Below are positions 23,974 through 37,310 of a stretch of DNA of 64,000 bases, piece after piece. How positions within the stretch are numbered: the first letter of the stretch is position 1; every line of letters starts with the position of its first letter. The stretch comes from Octopus vulgaris (lineage: Eukaryota). The stretch covers positions 178,498,001-178,562,000 of the forward strand of contig OX597815.1 of assembly GCA_951406725.2 (NCBI GenBank), read 5' to 3'. Below the pieces are notes generated by a model that was given only the letters and a program-made list of their open reading frames with translations, did not search any database and had not been told where the DNA came from. A program made the position numbers and the translations under genes.

Positions 23974-25016
23974 TTAACCGATTCCATATTGAAATCGCTA
24001 TTTAAAAGAACGCAAACGAGTGACGACGAAGTTGTGGTGTTACGTCACGGTTGTGGTTACTCTGGTTTAAAGCATTTAACAATTCCATTTCTAAAGATGC
24101 GAGACTTTGCGTCATTGTAAGAAAGTGCTTCTGCTTTTCTCATCCTGGTTACGTCATCAACTGAGCGATAATTCGAATATGCTTCCTAAATTCACCGCAA
24201 AGCGAAAGTAAAACAACAATTGAGCAATTGTGAACAAATATAATAAAGACTGAACCGTTAAGATCGATACTGTTCAATAATGTATTTGTAATAAGATTTT
24301 TCTACAGAGAGACTCAGCGTAAATAGACATGATTTATTATTTATTTGCGTTAGCACCAGGTAAAAGATTGATTCATAAATGCATTGCCACGTATTCTTAC
24401 ACGAACGTATGTTCAGGATACATTATTTACAAATTAATATGCCACGCTCATTAATAATAATATTTCAATCAGATTCTTTGAATGAAAATCGGTTCTGGAT
24501 CTAAAAATCTGACATTTTCCTGATTTTCCTCCAGGACTAGTCTGCGCATTCATTACATCACAGTCGGGGTGCAGAAATGTCGAGATTATGCAGGTAGAAA
24601 GAACTGTAATTATTTTCATTTATTACTTTATTTTAAGAAATATTTTATTTAAAATTCAGTAGTTTTTTCTTCAAAATAGAAAGAGATACAAACGCAAAAT
24701 AAATATATAAAATAACAGACAACATAATGGGCTATGAATGAGGCTCTCAATCTAAATACGCCATCAGTTTTGCTAAACTGGCTTCAGTATTTCACATAAT
24801 CGAAGAAGACGTGTCAGGTAAGAGATATCTTAGCCAAAGAACTCTACCAACGTACACTTTACATGAATAGATGCGTATATAAGCCGTTAATCTACAATAA
24901 TTGTTCCCCTACTGTGATTTGTGGGTGATCTGAGGTTATTTCCCGCAGTGTGAGTGGGTACTCAAAGCCTGTTTCTGTAATTAGGTAAGAAAGCACGGAA
25001 GTCATTACAAAGAAGA

Positions 25017-25140
25017 GAAAGACAGAGGCAAGGAATAAACGAATGAGTGGATTCCTAAAGAAAGACAGAGGCAAGGAATAAACGAATGAGTAGATTCCTA
25101 AAGAAAGACAGAGGGAAGGAATGAAAGAAATAGTGGATTC
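25017..25140 (+). repeat. 43-bp tandem repeat x3
   Basis: GACAGAGG(C/G)AAGGAAT at 25021, 25064 and 25107. Confidence 0.9.
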
Positions 25141-25334
25141 GAAAAGAATAAACGTGTATTTCCAAAAATAATGGGTGCTTCTACACTAAAATATAAAAAT
25201 ATATTCTTTTATTCTTTTACACATTCCAGTGATTTTACTGCAGCCAAGCTGAAGCACTGCCTTAAAATATGAAATATATAAAATATTCAGATATGCGCAT
25301 ATACATTCATACGCACACAGGTAGGTAGATAGAC

Positions 25335-25429
<95 letters not shown>

Positions 25430-25659
25430 CCCTATACGAGTTACCACCGACACCCTTATCTGTGTAACTTATCTCGCTCAATACCACAAAATAGCGTTTG
25501 AAGTCCCGTAAAGTTCGTGTAGTCTCACGTAGCTTCAGCCATCATGGTGACACATCACCAACTTTCTTAAGTGGATGACTTAACAATTGCAATTGATTCA
25601 CTTGAAACCATTGTTAATCTACAAATAAAGAAAGTATATATATATATATATATATATAA

Positions 25660-25814
25660 TCTTTTACTTGTTTGAGTCATTTGACTGCGGCCATGCTGGA
25701 GCACCGCCTTTAGCCGAGCAAATCTACCCCAGGACTTATTCTTTGTAAGCGTAGTACTTATTCTATCGGTCCTTTTTGCCGAACCACTAAGTTACGGGGA
25801 CGTAAACACACCAG
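25660..25814 (-). mobile_element. SINE family 2, 3' half
   Basis: GTCATTTGACTGCGGCCATGCTGGAGCACCGCC...GACGTAAACACACCAGC. Confidence 0.85.
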
Positions 25815-25966
25815 CTGTATATATGTAGTTGGAATTTACAAAAAAAAAGACGAAAACAGGTGTGTATGTATATATATATATATATATATATAAATATATA
25901 TACATGTATATATGTATGTCTGTATATATACATACATGTACATATATATGTATATATATACATATG

Positions 25967-26022
<56 letters not shown>

Positions 26023-26963
26023 ATCACCTGCGCACATAATATATATTCTGTTCTTTATAGACAAGACAGTCAGTTCGAGCCAATACAGAGAAAAGACATA
26101 CTAAAGTTTCCTATGAAGCTTTCTTTTTGTCGGATACCATAGGATATAAACTATGAATTCACTCAGTCAATATCGCTCTGTATTCTGTCCGTCATCTTTT
26201 ATCAGCTTCAGCGAGGAGAGTTATTAATTTTCAATATGCACAGAATCGCTAACAGTGTATATATTACAAATATAGAAACAAAAATGGAAGGCACCATAAC
26301 TCAAGTGGAAAGGTTTTGTAGACAGATAATGTAGGGAGTCAAAGAGTAAATAGTGTGTGCAAATATAATAATGGCAAAGGTCAATACAGCTCTTTTTTGT
26401 TTCTTTCTTTTTTTCTTTCTTTTGCTTCTCCTTCATCTCGATAACATCGTTTTACTCCAGTAAAATGTAAAAGAAAAAAGCTAACATATTGAAAAAAATT
26501 CCACTTCTGTAAATCTTAGATTTCTAAGAAAATCAAATACGTAACCATTTCGCTGTATACATTTATGGGCAATATTAAGTAACAGGATGTGTTACACACC
26601 AGAGACTTTCCTACATCATCGTTCAGTGAAATCAAAATTGATATTAGCAAGCTGCGCGTTTTTAAAATCTAGTCTGAAATAGGAATTATTTAGAGTTTGT
26701 CTTTACAGACATTTTCCATTTTTTTTTTTTTGCGTGTGTGTGTGTGGCAGATAAACATCCTTCGTGTTTACGTTTACAATCAGATTTAATTGCCTAGACA
26801 ATTTATAACAGGTATGTGAGTTAGTGTTTGTGCTGTTGTGTGTGTGTGTATGAACATGTATGTAAATATGCTTATATATGGGTGTATGTGTGTTTGTGTA
26901 TTAATTTAGAATTCACATGAATTTCATATATGAACATGTATTCACATGTATTGAGTTTTAACC

Positions 26964-27376
26964 TATTTCTTTATTACCCACAAGGGGCTAAACACAGAGG
27001 GGACAAACAAGGACAGACATAGGTATTAAGTTGATTACATCGACCCCAGTGCTTAACTGGTACTTAATTTATCGACCCCGAAAGGATGAAAGGCAAAGTC
27101 GACCTCGGCGGAATTTGAACTCACAACGTAACGCAGACGAAATACCTATTTCTTTATTACCCACATGGGGCTAAACATAGAGGAGACAAACATGGACAGA
27201 CATAGGTATAAAGTCGATTATATCGACCCCAGTGCTTAACTGGTGCTTAATTTATCGACCCCGAAAGGATGAAAGGCAAAGTCGACCTCGGCTGAAGTTG
27301 AACTCACAACGTAACGCAGACGAAATACCGCTAAGCATTTCGCCCGGCGTGCTAACGTTTCTGCCAGCTCGCCGCC
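26964..27376 (-). mobile_element. SINE family 1, dimeric, full length
   Basis: Head plus two units; AGTTTTAA on both flanks (possible TSD). Confidence 0.9.
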
Positions 27377-28339
27377 TTCAGTTTTAATCACTGAAGAGAT
27401 GCTGCGAGTACAGCTGTCTCTCTTTCTCTTACTCTCGTTCTTTATTGTCCTCCTCTGTTCTATGAAAAATACCCAATCAGATACAAGTTACTGACAGCAA
27501 ATTTTCGAGTATCTTCACTAAATTTTCCAAACTACAATCATATTGGCGGGAATTGCTCCGATCACGGTTTTCCTCCTTCCAACCTCTCTCTGCTGACGAA
27601 ATCAAATTTGCTCCCAGGTCTATTGGTTTTCGAAATTGATATATTTGATATTTTATCGTCATATCGTAATAGTTATGATTTTACGTGGCACTGACATCTG
27701 TTTTAATGTCGAAATGCATTTTCACTAAGGTTTGATTGATATTAAACGGACGTACGTGTGCGTGCGTGCGTGTGTAGTTGGAAGAGAGAGAGAGACAGAG
27801 ATAGTTAGAGAGAGAAACGAGAGAGAGAAGGAGAGAGAGAGAAATGGAGTTGTATGGCATAATCGAAAAGAATTAAGAAATCAACTACTGAATCACAAGG
27901 ACCCGGGTTCAATCTCTCCAAGTGTTATCTTGTATAAACGTCTTTTACTACAAGCATTGTGAAATAAATGGAGGAAGACCATCAACTAAATTACGTCAAT
28001 CCAGTCATGCCATACCCACTGCATCACGCTGATTCTAAGGGTTACGTCAAAGTAGACATGTCTGCGGAACACTCAACGACGTTCACATTAATTCACTGAA
28101 CGACCGAATACTCCTCATCGAAACCGACGAAGACCCATTTAACTTACTACTATGTGCGGTGGGGGTGCGTGTGTATGTGTGTTTGACTGATTGTGTTATA
28201 TGCACACGTGTGTGCGGGGGTGTGTGGGTGTGAATTCAAAGAGAATGGAAAGTGAAAGCAACACTTTTCATGATTAACAACATACTGCACTTCTGGCTGC
28301 AAAACATATTTTGAAGTGTCTGGTCGAATGTAATTTAAA

Positions 28340-28663
28340 ACATCGTCGTCATCATCATCGTCATCGTCACCACCATCACCATCATCACCATCATCACCAT
28401 CATTATCACCATCATCATCATTATCATCATCATCAAAATCACCATAGTCGTCATCATCGTCACCATCGTCGTCATCATCATCATCATTATCACCATAGTC
28501 ATCATCAGTTTTATCATGTTTTCAACCATTCCAGCCGCCATTGCACTGCACCTTGAGAGTATGGAAGTGTACTTCTCTTTCTCCCTCCCTCTCTCTCCAG
28601 CTCTCGCTCACTCTCTCGCTCCTTCTCACTCTCTTGCTCTCACTCACCCAATTATTATTGTTA

Positions 28664-28715
<52 letters not shown>

Positions 28716-28877
28716 TATCATTCTTATTATCATCATCATCATCATCATCATCATTATTATTATTATTATTATTATCGTTATCCTCATCATCATCATCATT
28801 ATTATTATTATTATTATTATCGTTATCATCATCATCATTATTATTATTATTATCATCGTTATCATCATCATATATCA

Positions 28878-28917
<40 letters not shown>

Positions 28918-28974
28918 CGTTATCATCATCATCATTATTATTATTATTATCATCGTTATCATCATCATATATCA

Positions 28975-29007
<33 letters not shown>

Positions 29008-29068
29008 CATCATCATTATTATTATCATCATTATTATTATTATTATCATTATTACTATTGCTATTATT
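28340..29068. repeat. (CAT/CAC)n and (ATT/ATC)n tracts with higher-order periodicity
   Basis: Seen directly. Confidence 0.9.
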
Positions 29069-29732
29069 AAGAATGCGTTCTAGTAGAATCGTTAGAGCTT
29101 TGGGACTATTTTCTTCGTAGTATTTCTTTCGTCGATATGATTGAAGCACAAATCCCGCCGCGGCCATCTTTTCGAGGCTAATGAATTAAAAGAGTAATCG
29201 AGTAATCGAGTAGTGAGGCAACTTAACTGCCCCTCCTCTCAAAATTACTGGCCTTGTGCAGAAATTTAAAAGAATTATTATCATCGATGTGCGTTCTTTA
29301 ATTGAGGGAGACAACAAACTTAACCCCATTGTCTGCAACGAACTGACAGCTGTGTGAGTTATGCTTGAACTGTCAAGAAATTTAACGTTTCAAAATGGGA
29401 GAGCTGTGGGAGTTAGCCATGACAGCCAATGCAGGAACAACACTGTAGCTGTCGTCTGATTTGACCATTTGGCTTATCAACAAGAAAAAAGTAACTTTTC
29501 GGAAGTTTTTTTCATAAAAATATTACTAATGTGTAGCTGTTAACCCTGACGCTACTAATGATGCAACGGTGAAAGAAAGGTAGGGCAGAAAATGGCACCA
29601 GTATGGACAACAACAGTGATACTATAATAACAATGAACTATAATCGAAGAGGCACCACCAAAAAAACATAGACAACAACAAAAAAACTATAAAAAGGGGC
29701 AGAAGAAATTCTATATTAGAAAGACGGGAAAC

Positions 29733-30188
29733 ATCGGAAGCTGGCTACCCGCATGGTTCTTGGTCTCAAGCATTTGTCTTATGAAGAAAGGCTGAAGACG
29801 CTCGACCTTTATTCTCTAGAAAAACGACGACGCCGTGGTGATCTCATTCTTGCTCACAACATCATAAGCGGAAAGTGTAATATCTCGAAAGAGCTGTTCT
29901 TCACTCCTGCTCCAGAGCGTCGGCTGCGGGGTCACTCCGAAAAGCTCTATCTGCGATGATTTCATCTCAATCGAAGGAGAGGGGCTTTCTCCGTCCGGGT
30001 TGCGGATCCGTGGAATAAGCTGCCGGACGAGATAGTGAAGATGCCGACGACCGCTCGGTTCAAAGTCTCTCTTGACCAGAAATGGCCTGAACTCTTTGCA
30101 TGAACACCACCCTGTACATAACTCCATGTCCCCCTACATGACCTTGCTTTTTGCTTTTTGAGCCAAAAAATTAACTTAACTTAACTAA
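29733..30188 (+). mobile_element. 5'-truncated CR1-clade LINE (ORF2 C-terminus and 3'UTR)
   Basis: ATRMVLGLKHLSYEERLKTLDLYSLEKRRRRGDLI...LRGHSEKL..*..FSVRVADPWNKLP..FKVSLD. Single in-frame TGA at 29957; (TTAAC)n tail. Confidence 0.9.
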
Positions 30189-30522
30189 TATCAGGAATCC
30201 CATAATTACAGACTGTCGCTTGAAATTCACACCAAAACTTTCTTTTGAGTTACTTAAACACTCCTCGGAGGATGAGAGAAATGTCGAACTTCGACCGAAT
30301 AAATACATGATTGAATTCTATCAAGATAGCGGCTACCCAGCCCTATGTATGTGGGTTGCCTTCATTTCTATACATTTTTTATTTACGGGCAATAAATTTT
30401 TAGCTTGTATTAATAGATATTTTCCCTATCTTCGAACGTTCATCTCCTAACACTTTTAAAGCGTTTTGTACGATGTGTTTTATATTGTATGCGTGGGTCT
30501 TTGTAATCAATAAAAAAAAGGA

Positions 30523-30553
<31 letters not shown>

Positions 30554-30554
30554 G

Positions 30555-31110
30555 CAGTGTTCTGAGTTTGGGTCATTTCAACGGGGTTATTTCTAAAGAT
30601 TTAGTGACAAGCCCCGTAAACAGTGAAGACTCTTGAAAGAATAGATGATGACAGCATTTTTCCGACTCCGTTTTCTGGATCTCAATTCTAATATCACTCT
30701 CACTCTCTTCAATAGTTGTTTTCAAGTTGATCGCAGCAGCTTTATGAAAACAAGAATAGGATACCTGCATAAAGATACTCAAGCCAAACCCGGTAACTTT
30801 ATACATTTTTTTCCCCTTTCTTTGGATTATTCTCTGCTGTTATTTACTACAACAATATTTATTATGTCACAAATTTTGCTGTTTTTCTCTATTATCATCA
30901 TATCTTGCTCTCCGTGTTCCTGTGAAAGAGTTTGTTTTCACAGACAACATCCCAGATGAATTACAATAACGGTTTCTGTCATGTGATTTTTCATCTACTT
31001 TGAATCCAAATTTCTTATAGTGTATTTTGTGTATTTTCCTTTACAAAATATCGTCGTTTTTCCATGCTATTTTGTGCTCTTTTAATACGTTGAATTATAT
31101 GAATTCGTAC
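30555..31110 (-). mobile_element. Heavily decayed R4/Dong-type LINE 3' end next to (TAA)n
   Basis: Remnants DMMIIEKNSKICDII and HKAAAI resemble the PD..D and QKxALL blocks; 3' end abuts (TTA)n at 30525-30553. Confidence 0.45.
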
Positions 31111-31344
31111 ATTCATTCATGCGCTATATGGACGATGATACGAGCCCACGAGAAAACATCTACCTTATCGAATGACTTACAAGAAAATTCCCTTTACATC
31201 GCACCATGCAGTCTCAAAAAAATATACACGGATAATGTTGTCCTGACTGATTCTAGAACAACGAAATATCTACGGTTGGAACGCCTTTTGTCATAGATCG
31301 GCTCGATGTAGACTGACCTGGAGCTAAACAATAACACCGACGAA

Positions 31345-31946
31345 GGCGGCGAGCTGGCAGACACGTTAGAGCGCCGGGCGAAATGCTTAACGGTATTTCG
31401 TCTGTCGTTACGTTCTGAGTTCAAATTCCGCCGAGGTCGACTTTGCCTTTCATCCTTTCGGGGTCGATAATATAAAAGTACCAGTTTCGCACTGGGGTCG
31501 ATGTAATCGACTTAATCCCTTTGTCTGTCTTTGTTTGTCCTCTCTGTGTTTAGCCCCTTGTGGGTAGTAAAGAAATAGGTATTTCGTCAGTCGTTACGTT
31601 CTGAGTTCAAATTCCGCCGAGGTCGACTTTGCCTTTCATCCTTTCGGGGTCGATTAAATAAGTACCAGTTACGCACTGGGGTCGTTATAATCGACTTAAT
31701 CCGTTTGTCTGCCCTTGTTTGTCCCCTCTGTGTTTAGCCCCTTGTGGGTAGTAAAGAAATAGCTATTTCGTCTGTCGTTACGTTCTGAGTTCAAATTCCG
31801 CCGAGGTCGACTTTGCCTTTCATCCTTTCGGGGTCGATAAATAAAAGTACCAGTTTCGCACTGGGGTCGATGTAATCGACTTAATCACTTTGTCTGTCCT
31901 TGTTTGTCCTCTCTATGTCTAGCCCCTTGTGGGCAATAAAGAAATA
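31345..31946 (+). mobile_element. SINE family 1, trimeric, inside one 19-bp TSD
   Basis: Head plus three ~185-bp units; TSD TAAACAATAACACCG(A/G)CGA at 31325-31343 and 31947-31965. Confidence 0.92.
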
Positions 31947-33251
31947 TAAACAATAACACCGGCGATAGTTTTATCAACGTTTCCGCATCACAATCACTAT
32001 CTTACGTTTTGTTAATTTTTACTTCCGAAAACTTTCTTCCAATCACTTGTTCTCGCCCTAATATGCTTCATTTATACCGCTTTTAGTGAGCAATAACCCC
32101 GTTATTTTCAGGTTTTCACTATTTTACTGGTGGTGACAGTGACGAAAGAAAATTACCCGGAAATCATGATACACAGATATTGTTTTGATCTGAGTGGGGG
32201 TGCTAGATTCCCTTGTTCGGAAATATAAGGACACAGATCGTGTCGTATAGCTAGCTGGAGACGGTGTCTCCTGGGGCTAAATTACAGCAACATTCGTCCT
32301 AAACCAGGATTGCCATGTTATGTTGGCAAACAATCTTTTCTCCAAAGTGACAACAGAGTATCTGTAACGCAGTGAATAACTATCTCAGCGGGACTCCGTT
32401 TGAAAAGGACACGTTTTGAGGATTCTTGCTAATATTTGCATACATCGACAATATACATCAGGGAAAAATACATTATGTGTTCCTTGTGGTTTCTGATGGG
32501 AAGGCTTTGACTTTCTGCTACAATTAAAAATCCTTCAGTCTCTGCTTTTCGAGTTCTGAGCTTCTCAGCCATTATTGGGATTTTTCTTTGTTTATTTCTT
32601 TGTTGGAGTTTTAATTTCTTTTGTCGACTTTATCTTTTCAGGATTGATAAAATAAATACCAGCTGAGAACTGGGGTCGATATAATCGACTTGAAGTGACT
32701 GAATAAATCGATTACATACTTATATGTAAAACAGGTTTGTGCTCAGTTTTGTAGCTCAAATTCCATTTACAATATATTGATCAATCTGAGGTTGAGGTAG
32801 AAGATACATGCACAAGATACTGCAAAATGGGATCGAAAATTGAATCACAATGTTACCAAATAAATTTCATAACAACGCAACTAAGAACCTATGCCAAGGC
32901 TTTGAGATTTCGTCTTTAGTCTTCCATTTACTTTACTGCTATGTTTCATGTTTAACCCCCATTCTCTTTGTTTATAATCATTTTCTTTTGTTCCTTCTCT
33001 TCATTCACTACTGATCTTCCGGCACCTTTTTCCTCACTTTCTCTAATATACTTATTTTGTCTTATAATTTCCAAGAATGTCTTTCTTGATTCATTGCGAA
33101 ACTCTCTGCTGCTTTCCACTATTGCTGCGTACATATAACATATCGCATATTAACATGTTTCTTTCTGGTACGTTTGCCATTTTTACATCATTCAATTCTC
33201 AGACTTTTATGAGAAGACACCAAAATATTAAAAGTATTGGTAATCTTCATA

Positions 33252-33664
33252 TACTCTTTTACTCTTTTACTTGTTTCAGTCATTTGACTGCGGCCATGCT
33301 GGAGCACCGCCTTTAGTCGAGCAAATCGACCCCGGGACTTATTCTTTGTAAGCCTAGTACTTATTCTATCGGTCTATTCTGCCGAACCGCTAAGTGACGG
33401 GGACGTAAACACACCAGAATTGGTTGTCAAGCAATGCTAGCGGGACAAACACAGAAACACACACACACACACATATATATATACATATATATACATATAT
33501 ACGACAGGCTTCTTTCAGTTTCCGTCTACCAAATCCACTCACAAGGCATTGGTCGGCCCGGAGGTATAGCAGAAGACACTTGGCCAAGATGCCACGCAGT
33601 GGGACTGAACCCGGAACCATGTGGTTGGTTAGCAAGCTACTTACCACACAGCCACTCCTGCGCC
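33252..33664 (-). mobile_element. SINE family 2 (tRNA head, internal TA/TG microsatellite, GTAAAAGA tail), full length
   Basis: Reverse complement of 47331-47760 and 59215-59641. Confidence 0.9.
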
Positions 33665-34294
33665 TATATATTTCTCTTTGTAATGATATTCCTTCCGTTT
33701 CAGTTTTTGATATGTATTTATAATTCACAACTTTATATTTCATTTCCATTTATTGTACCCTATAATACTGAAATGCGTGCAAATATTTGAATATTTTCCC
33801 CCTTGAGGTGATCTTAATACATTCTCACTAAGCAATGGTGATTCCTTCCCAAGGTCTTCGTTATATTCTCTTTATTACAAACATGACACACTTAGCAAGT
33901 TTGAAGCCATTTATAAACATTACATGTTGGATTCCTTTATGTTTAGGTTGGAGGTGGCTGGATTTGTTTGCTCGAAACATGCACAGCTGAGCGAATGGAA
34001 GAGAAACAAAGAGAAATAGCGATAATTAATCTTCTTGTGTATTAATTCTTCTCATCTTAACGTGTCCTCACAAACTCTGACATGTCATACACCTCGCCAA
34101 GAGCCCATTCTTGCCTCAATGATGTTTTCTTTTCCTATCATGAATGGCAAATATATTGAAGCGCTCTAGAATCTAAGGATAGAATCTGTCAAGTCATATA
34201 TTTTTTGATGGTGGATTAATCCCGCTCATATCGACTTCTCTGAAGTGAAGCATCATCTTTTCTGTTCAGCATACAGTAGGTCTCTTCCATATAT

Positions 34295-34622
34295 ACGTTC
34301 TGAGTTAGTTCAAATCTCACCGAGGCCGACTTTGCTTTTCATCCTTTCAGGGTCGATAAATTAAGTACCAGTTGCGTACTTGGGTCGATCTAATCGACTG
34401 GCTCCATCCCCAAAAGATTTGGGGACTCGTGCCTAGATTAGAAAAGAATATACAGTAGGTCTCTTCCGTATTTACGTTCTGAGTTCAAATCCCACTGCGG
34501 TCGACTTTGCTTTTCATCCTGTCGGGGTCGATAAGATTAAGTACGAGTTGATTCCTGGGGTCGATGAAATTGACTTACCCCCTCCCCTGAAATTGTTGGC
34601 TTTGTGCCAAAATTAGAGACCA
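34295..34622 (+). mobile_element. Two headless SINE family 1 units with different tails
   Basis: B box and core twice, each preceded by ATACAGTAGGTCTCTTCC. Confidence 0.75.
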
Positions 34623-35906
34623 ATACACTGTAGGTCCTTGTTTTTCGTGATACATTTCGGAATGCTTTCTATTCCTTCGAAGGTGTTTGTTATTCCATTT
34701 ACATAAAGACGTATAAATCATCAACTATCAAACATTAAAAAAGGGCTTTCTCCATCCGTGGCACACTGAGGTGGAGTCTATAGTTGAATCTCTCTAATTC
34801 TTTCTATTTTATCTTTCTGTAAAGGAGACTAGTCTCGTTCGTCCCCTCTAAACAATATATCACTACGAGATATCTCTCCCGTAATAGTAGTATATCACAA
34901 TAAGATATTTCTAAACATGAGTACAGAGACGTGAATTGCTTCAGCCTAAAACATTGAAATCCATCTTAGTCTATGGATTATCAATTCGCTCTTTTCTCCA
35001 GTCTCATCGTATTGTTTTTTCTCTTTTCCTTTTATTAAATATATGTTGTTTTACGTCGCTATGTCTTGAAATTCTATTCCCAGTAGATTCTTCTCTTGTC
35101 AGAAGAATGTTTAATATTCCAGTATCGTTTTATTTACTCACATCTGGCACTTTATTTTCTTATTGTTCTTCAATACAATTCAGTTGTTGTTCGAGTTTTC
35201 TTTTGTTCCTAATCATCGCTTTATTTACACTGTTTTATCTGCTGAATGTATGTAATTATTTCCCCCGTCTTTGTCTTCAATTTTTCTTTTATTTCTGCTT
35301 TAACAGTATCTACACCACCTTTTGGTCTTAACAGTTTCATTGTAACACTTCATGAATCTTTTTTTTTTGTGCATTCTTCTTGAAAATTGAGTAAAGCTCC
35401 CATAGATCTTCTTTCAAATCTTTTACTTGCTTTTCCTGGCTCACCTTGCACCATAACCACTGATATGTTAATATTTTATTTTAAATTCAATCCCTAATGT
35501 TTCTGACAAGTGTACACTTCCATAAAACTGCAGAGCGTTAAGTGTCTGGGTCTATTTATTTATTACGCTTTTCATATTAAATTTTCTTCCAAAATTACAA
35601 TTATCGTTTTCCAATGGTCCTATTTTATTCTATGCACTCAATGAAGTTTGGCTATGTGGAATGATTCTTTTAGTTTGAGTTTGTTTTTTTTTTGTTATAT
35701 TGTGAATACTCTACGAAATAAGTGTTCTTTCCTCTATGTTGTACATAATTCTAAGTTCTCAGGTTTTACTTAAGCATTTGTTCGCATCTTTTTTCAATGA
35801 TTCCAAATGAATATTTTTATAGGACTATTTCTATTATGAATACCCACATTCTGGTTATTTGGAGACATTCTTCAAAGAAGAATGCGAAAAATGGAGAAAT
35901 TGCATT

Positions 35907-35942
<36 letters not shown>

Positions 35943-36007
35943 ATAAAAATAATATATATATATATATGCATATATACATACGTATGTGTACATACTTACA
36001 TGTATAC

Positions 36008-36052
<45 letters not shown>

Positions 36053-36840
36053 TATATGGGGACAGGACATCACGAAACGTGTACAACAAAAAAATACGAA
36101 GTACTAGTACATGGAATGGAATATGAACTATTTTCTCGAACGATGAAACATACAAAAGGAAAACGACAAACAGCATAAAAAACGACCCTTTTCTACTCTC
36201 GTATTTCGAGCATTTATATATATATGTATGTATGTCTATACATAATACCAATTAGAAATACACTTCGGGTTAAACTTCACTCTATGGTGGTCCTCCACGA
36301 CAACATTCCGCCAAGTAACCGCAATTTCTTTGTCCGTATGTACTGGCATATACTAACAAATGGTCGGTCGCTTTACCATTCCTTGATGCCTTTTATGGTG
36401 TATGTGTAGATGATATTTCACAAGGCCTGTCTAACTTCCCGTGTATGAAAGCCAGAGACAAAGTAGCTGTTGTTTCCAATTTCCCTTTTATTCCTCACCT
36501 GCTTAACCGATTCTCTTTTGTTACATGTTTTTCTCGGTTTCTAGTGAGAAAAATTTCATCCTGTGTCGCAATCATAAATCATCCTTCTATTTAGCTTCTC
36601 AGTCCCGCATTTCTCAGCCTGTGTTGCAATTTGTCCTCGTTTATTTCCAATCTGTTCAGTGTTCTTCGGTATCCCGTACGTAACCGGTTTTCTTGTCATC
36701 GTTTTAACATGAAATTCTTCTATCACATTTTTACTTTTAGCTTTTTAGCGTATCTTTCTCTTCACCGCTTTCCGTTACCTCAGCTTCTCTTCACGATTTG
36801 TTGGTTTCTTTGAAGACAAGGTTAGGGCGCGTGTGCACGC

Positions 36841-36875
<35 letters not shown>

Positions 36876-36964
36876 TATGTCTGTCTGTATCATTGTTTTC
36901 TACTTGTTTTGCAATCTTGCACTGAATATTTTATAATAGTTTTCTATTTGTACAAAGTCTCGAA

Positions 36965-37160
36965 CTGCGAGGACCGTTAGAGCGTCGAAAGAATACTTTG
37001 CAGTGTCCTCTTTAAGTTCTGAGTTCAAATCCAGCCCGAGTTCAACTGAAACTTCCATCCTCCCAAGGATAATAAAATAAAGTACCACATAAGTACTGGA
37101 ATCGACGAAATCGACTACCCCTTCCCTCAAAATTACTGGCTTTCTACCTAAATTAGAAAC
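36965..37160 (+). mobile_element. SINE family 1, old diverged copy
   Basis: TTCTGAGTTCAAATCC B box and TAAAATAAAGTACCA core remnant. Confidence 0.55.
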
Positions 37161-37243
37161 TAGCAGTTGTAGCGACGGCGGCGGCGGCGGCGGTGGTGGT
37201 GGTGGTGGTGGAAGTAGTAGTAGTAGTATTAGTAGTAGTAGTT

Positions 37244-37310
<67 letters not shown>

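Noticed and set aside
29340-29460. Three TGACAG (TALE/Meis-like) hexamers
   Set aside because: Short motifs with no independent support.
34640-35760. Possible ancient LINE RT on the minus strand (also 32890-34280)
   Set aside because: Strand-biased composition and only faint motif traces; too decayed to call by eye.
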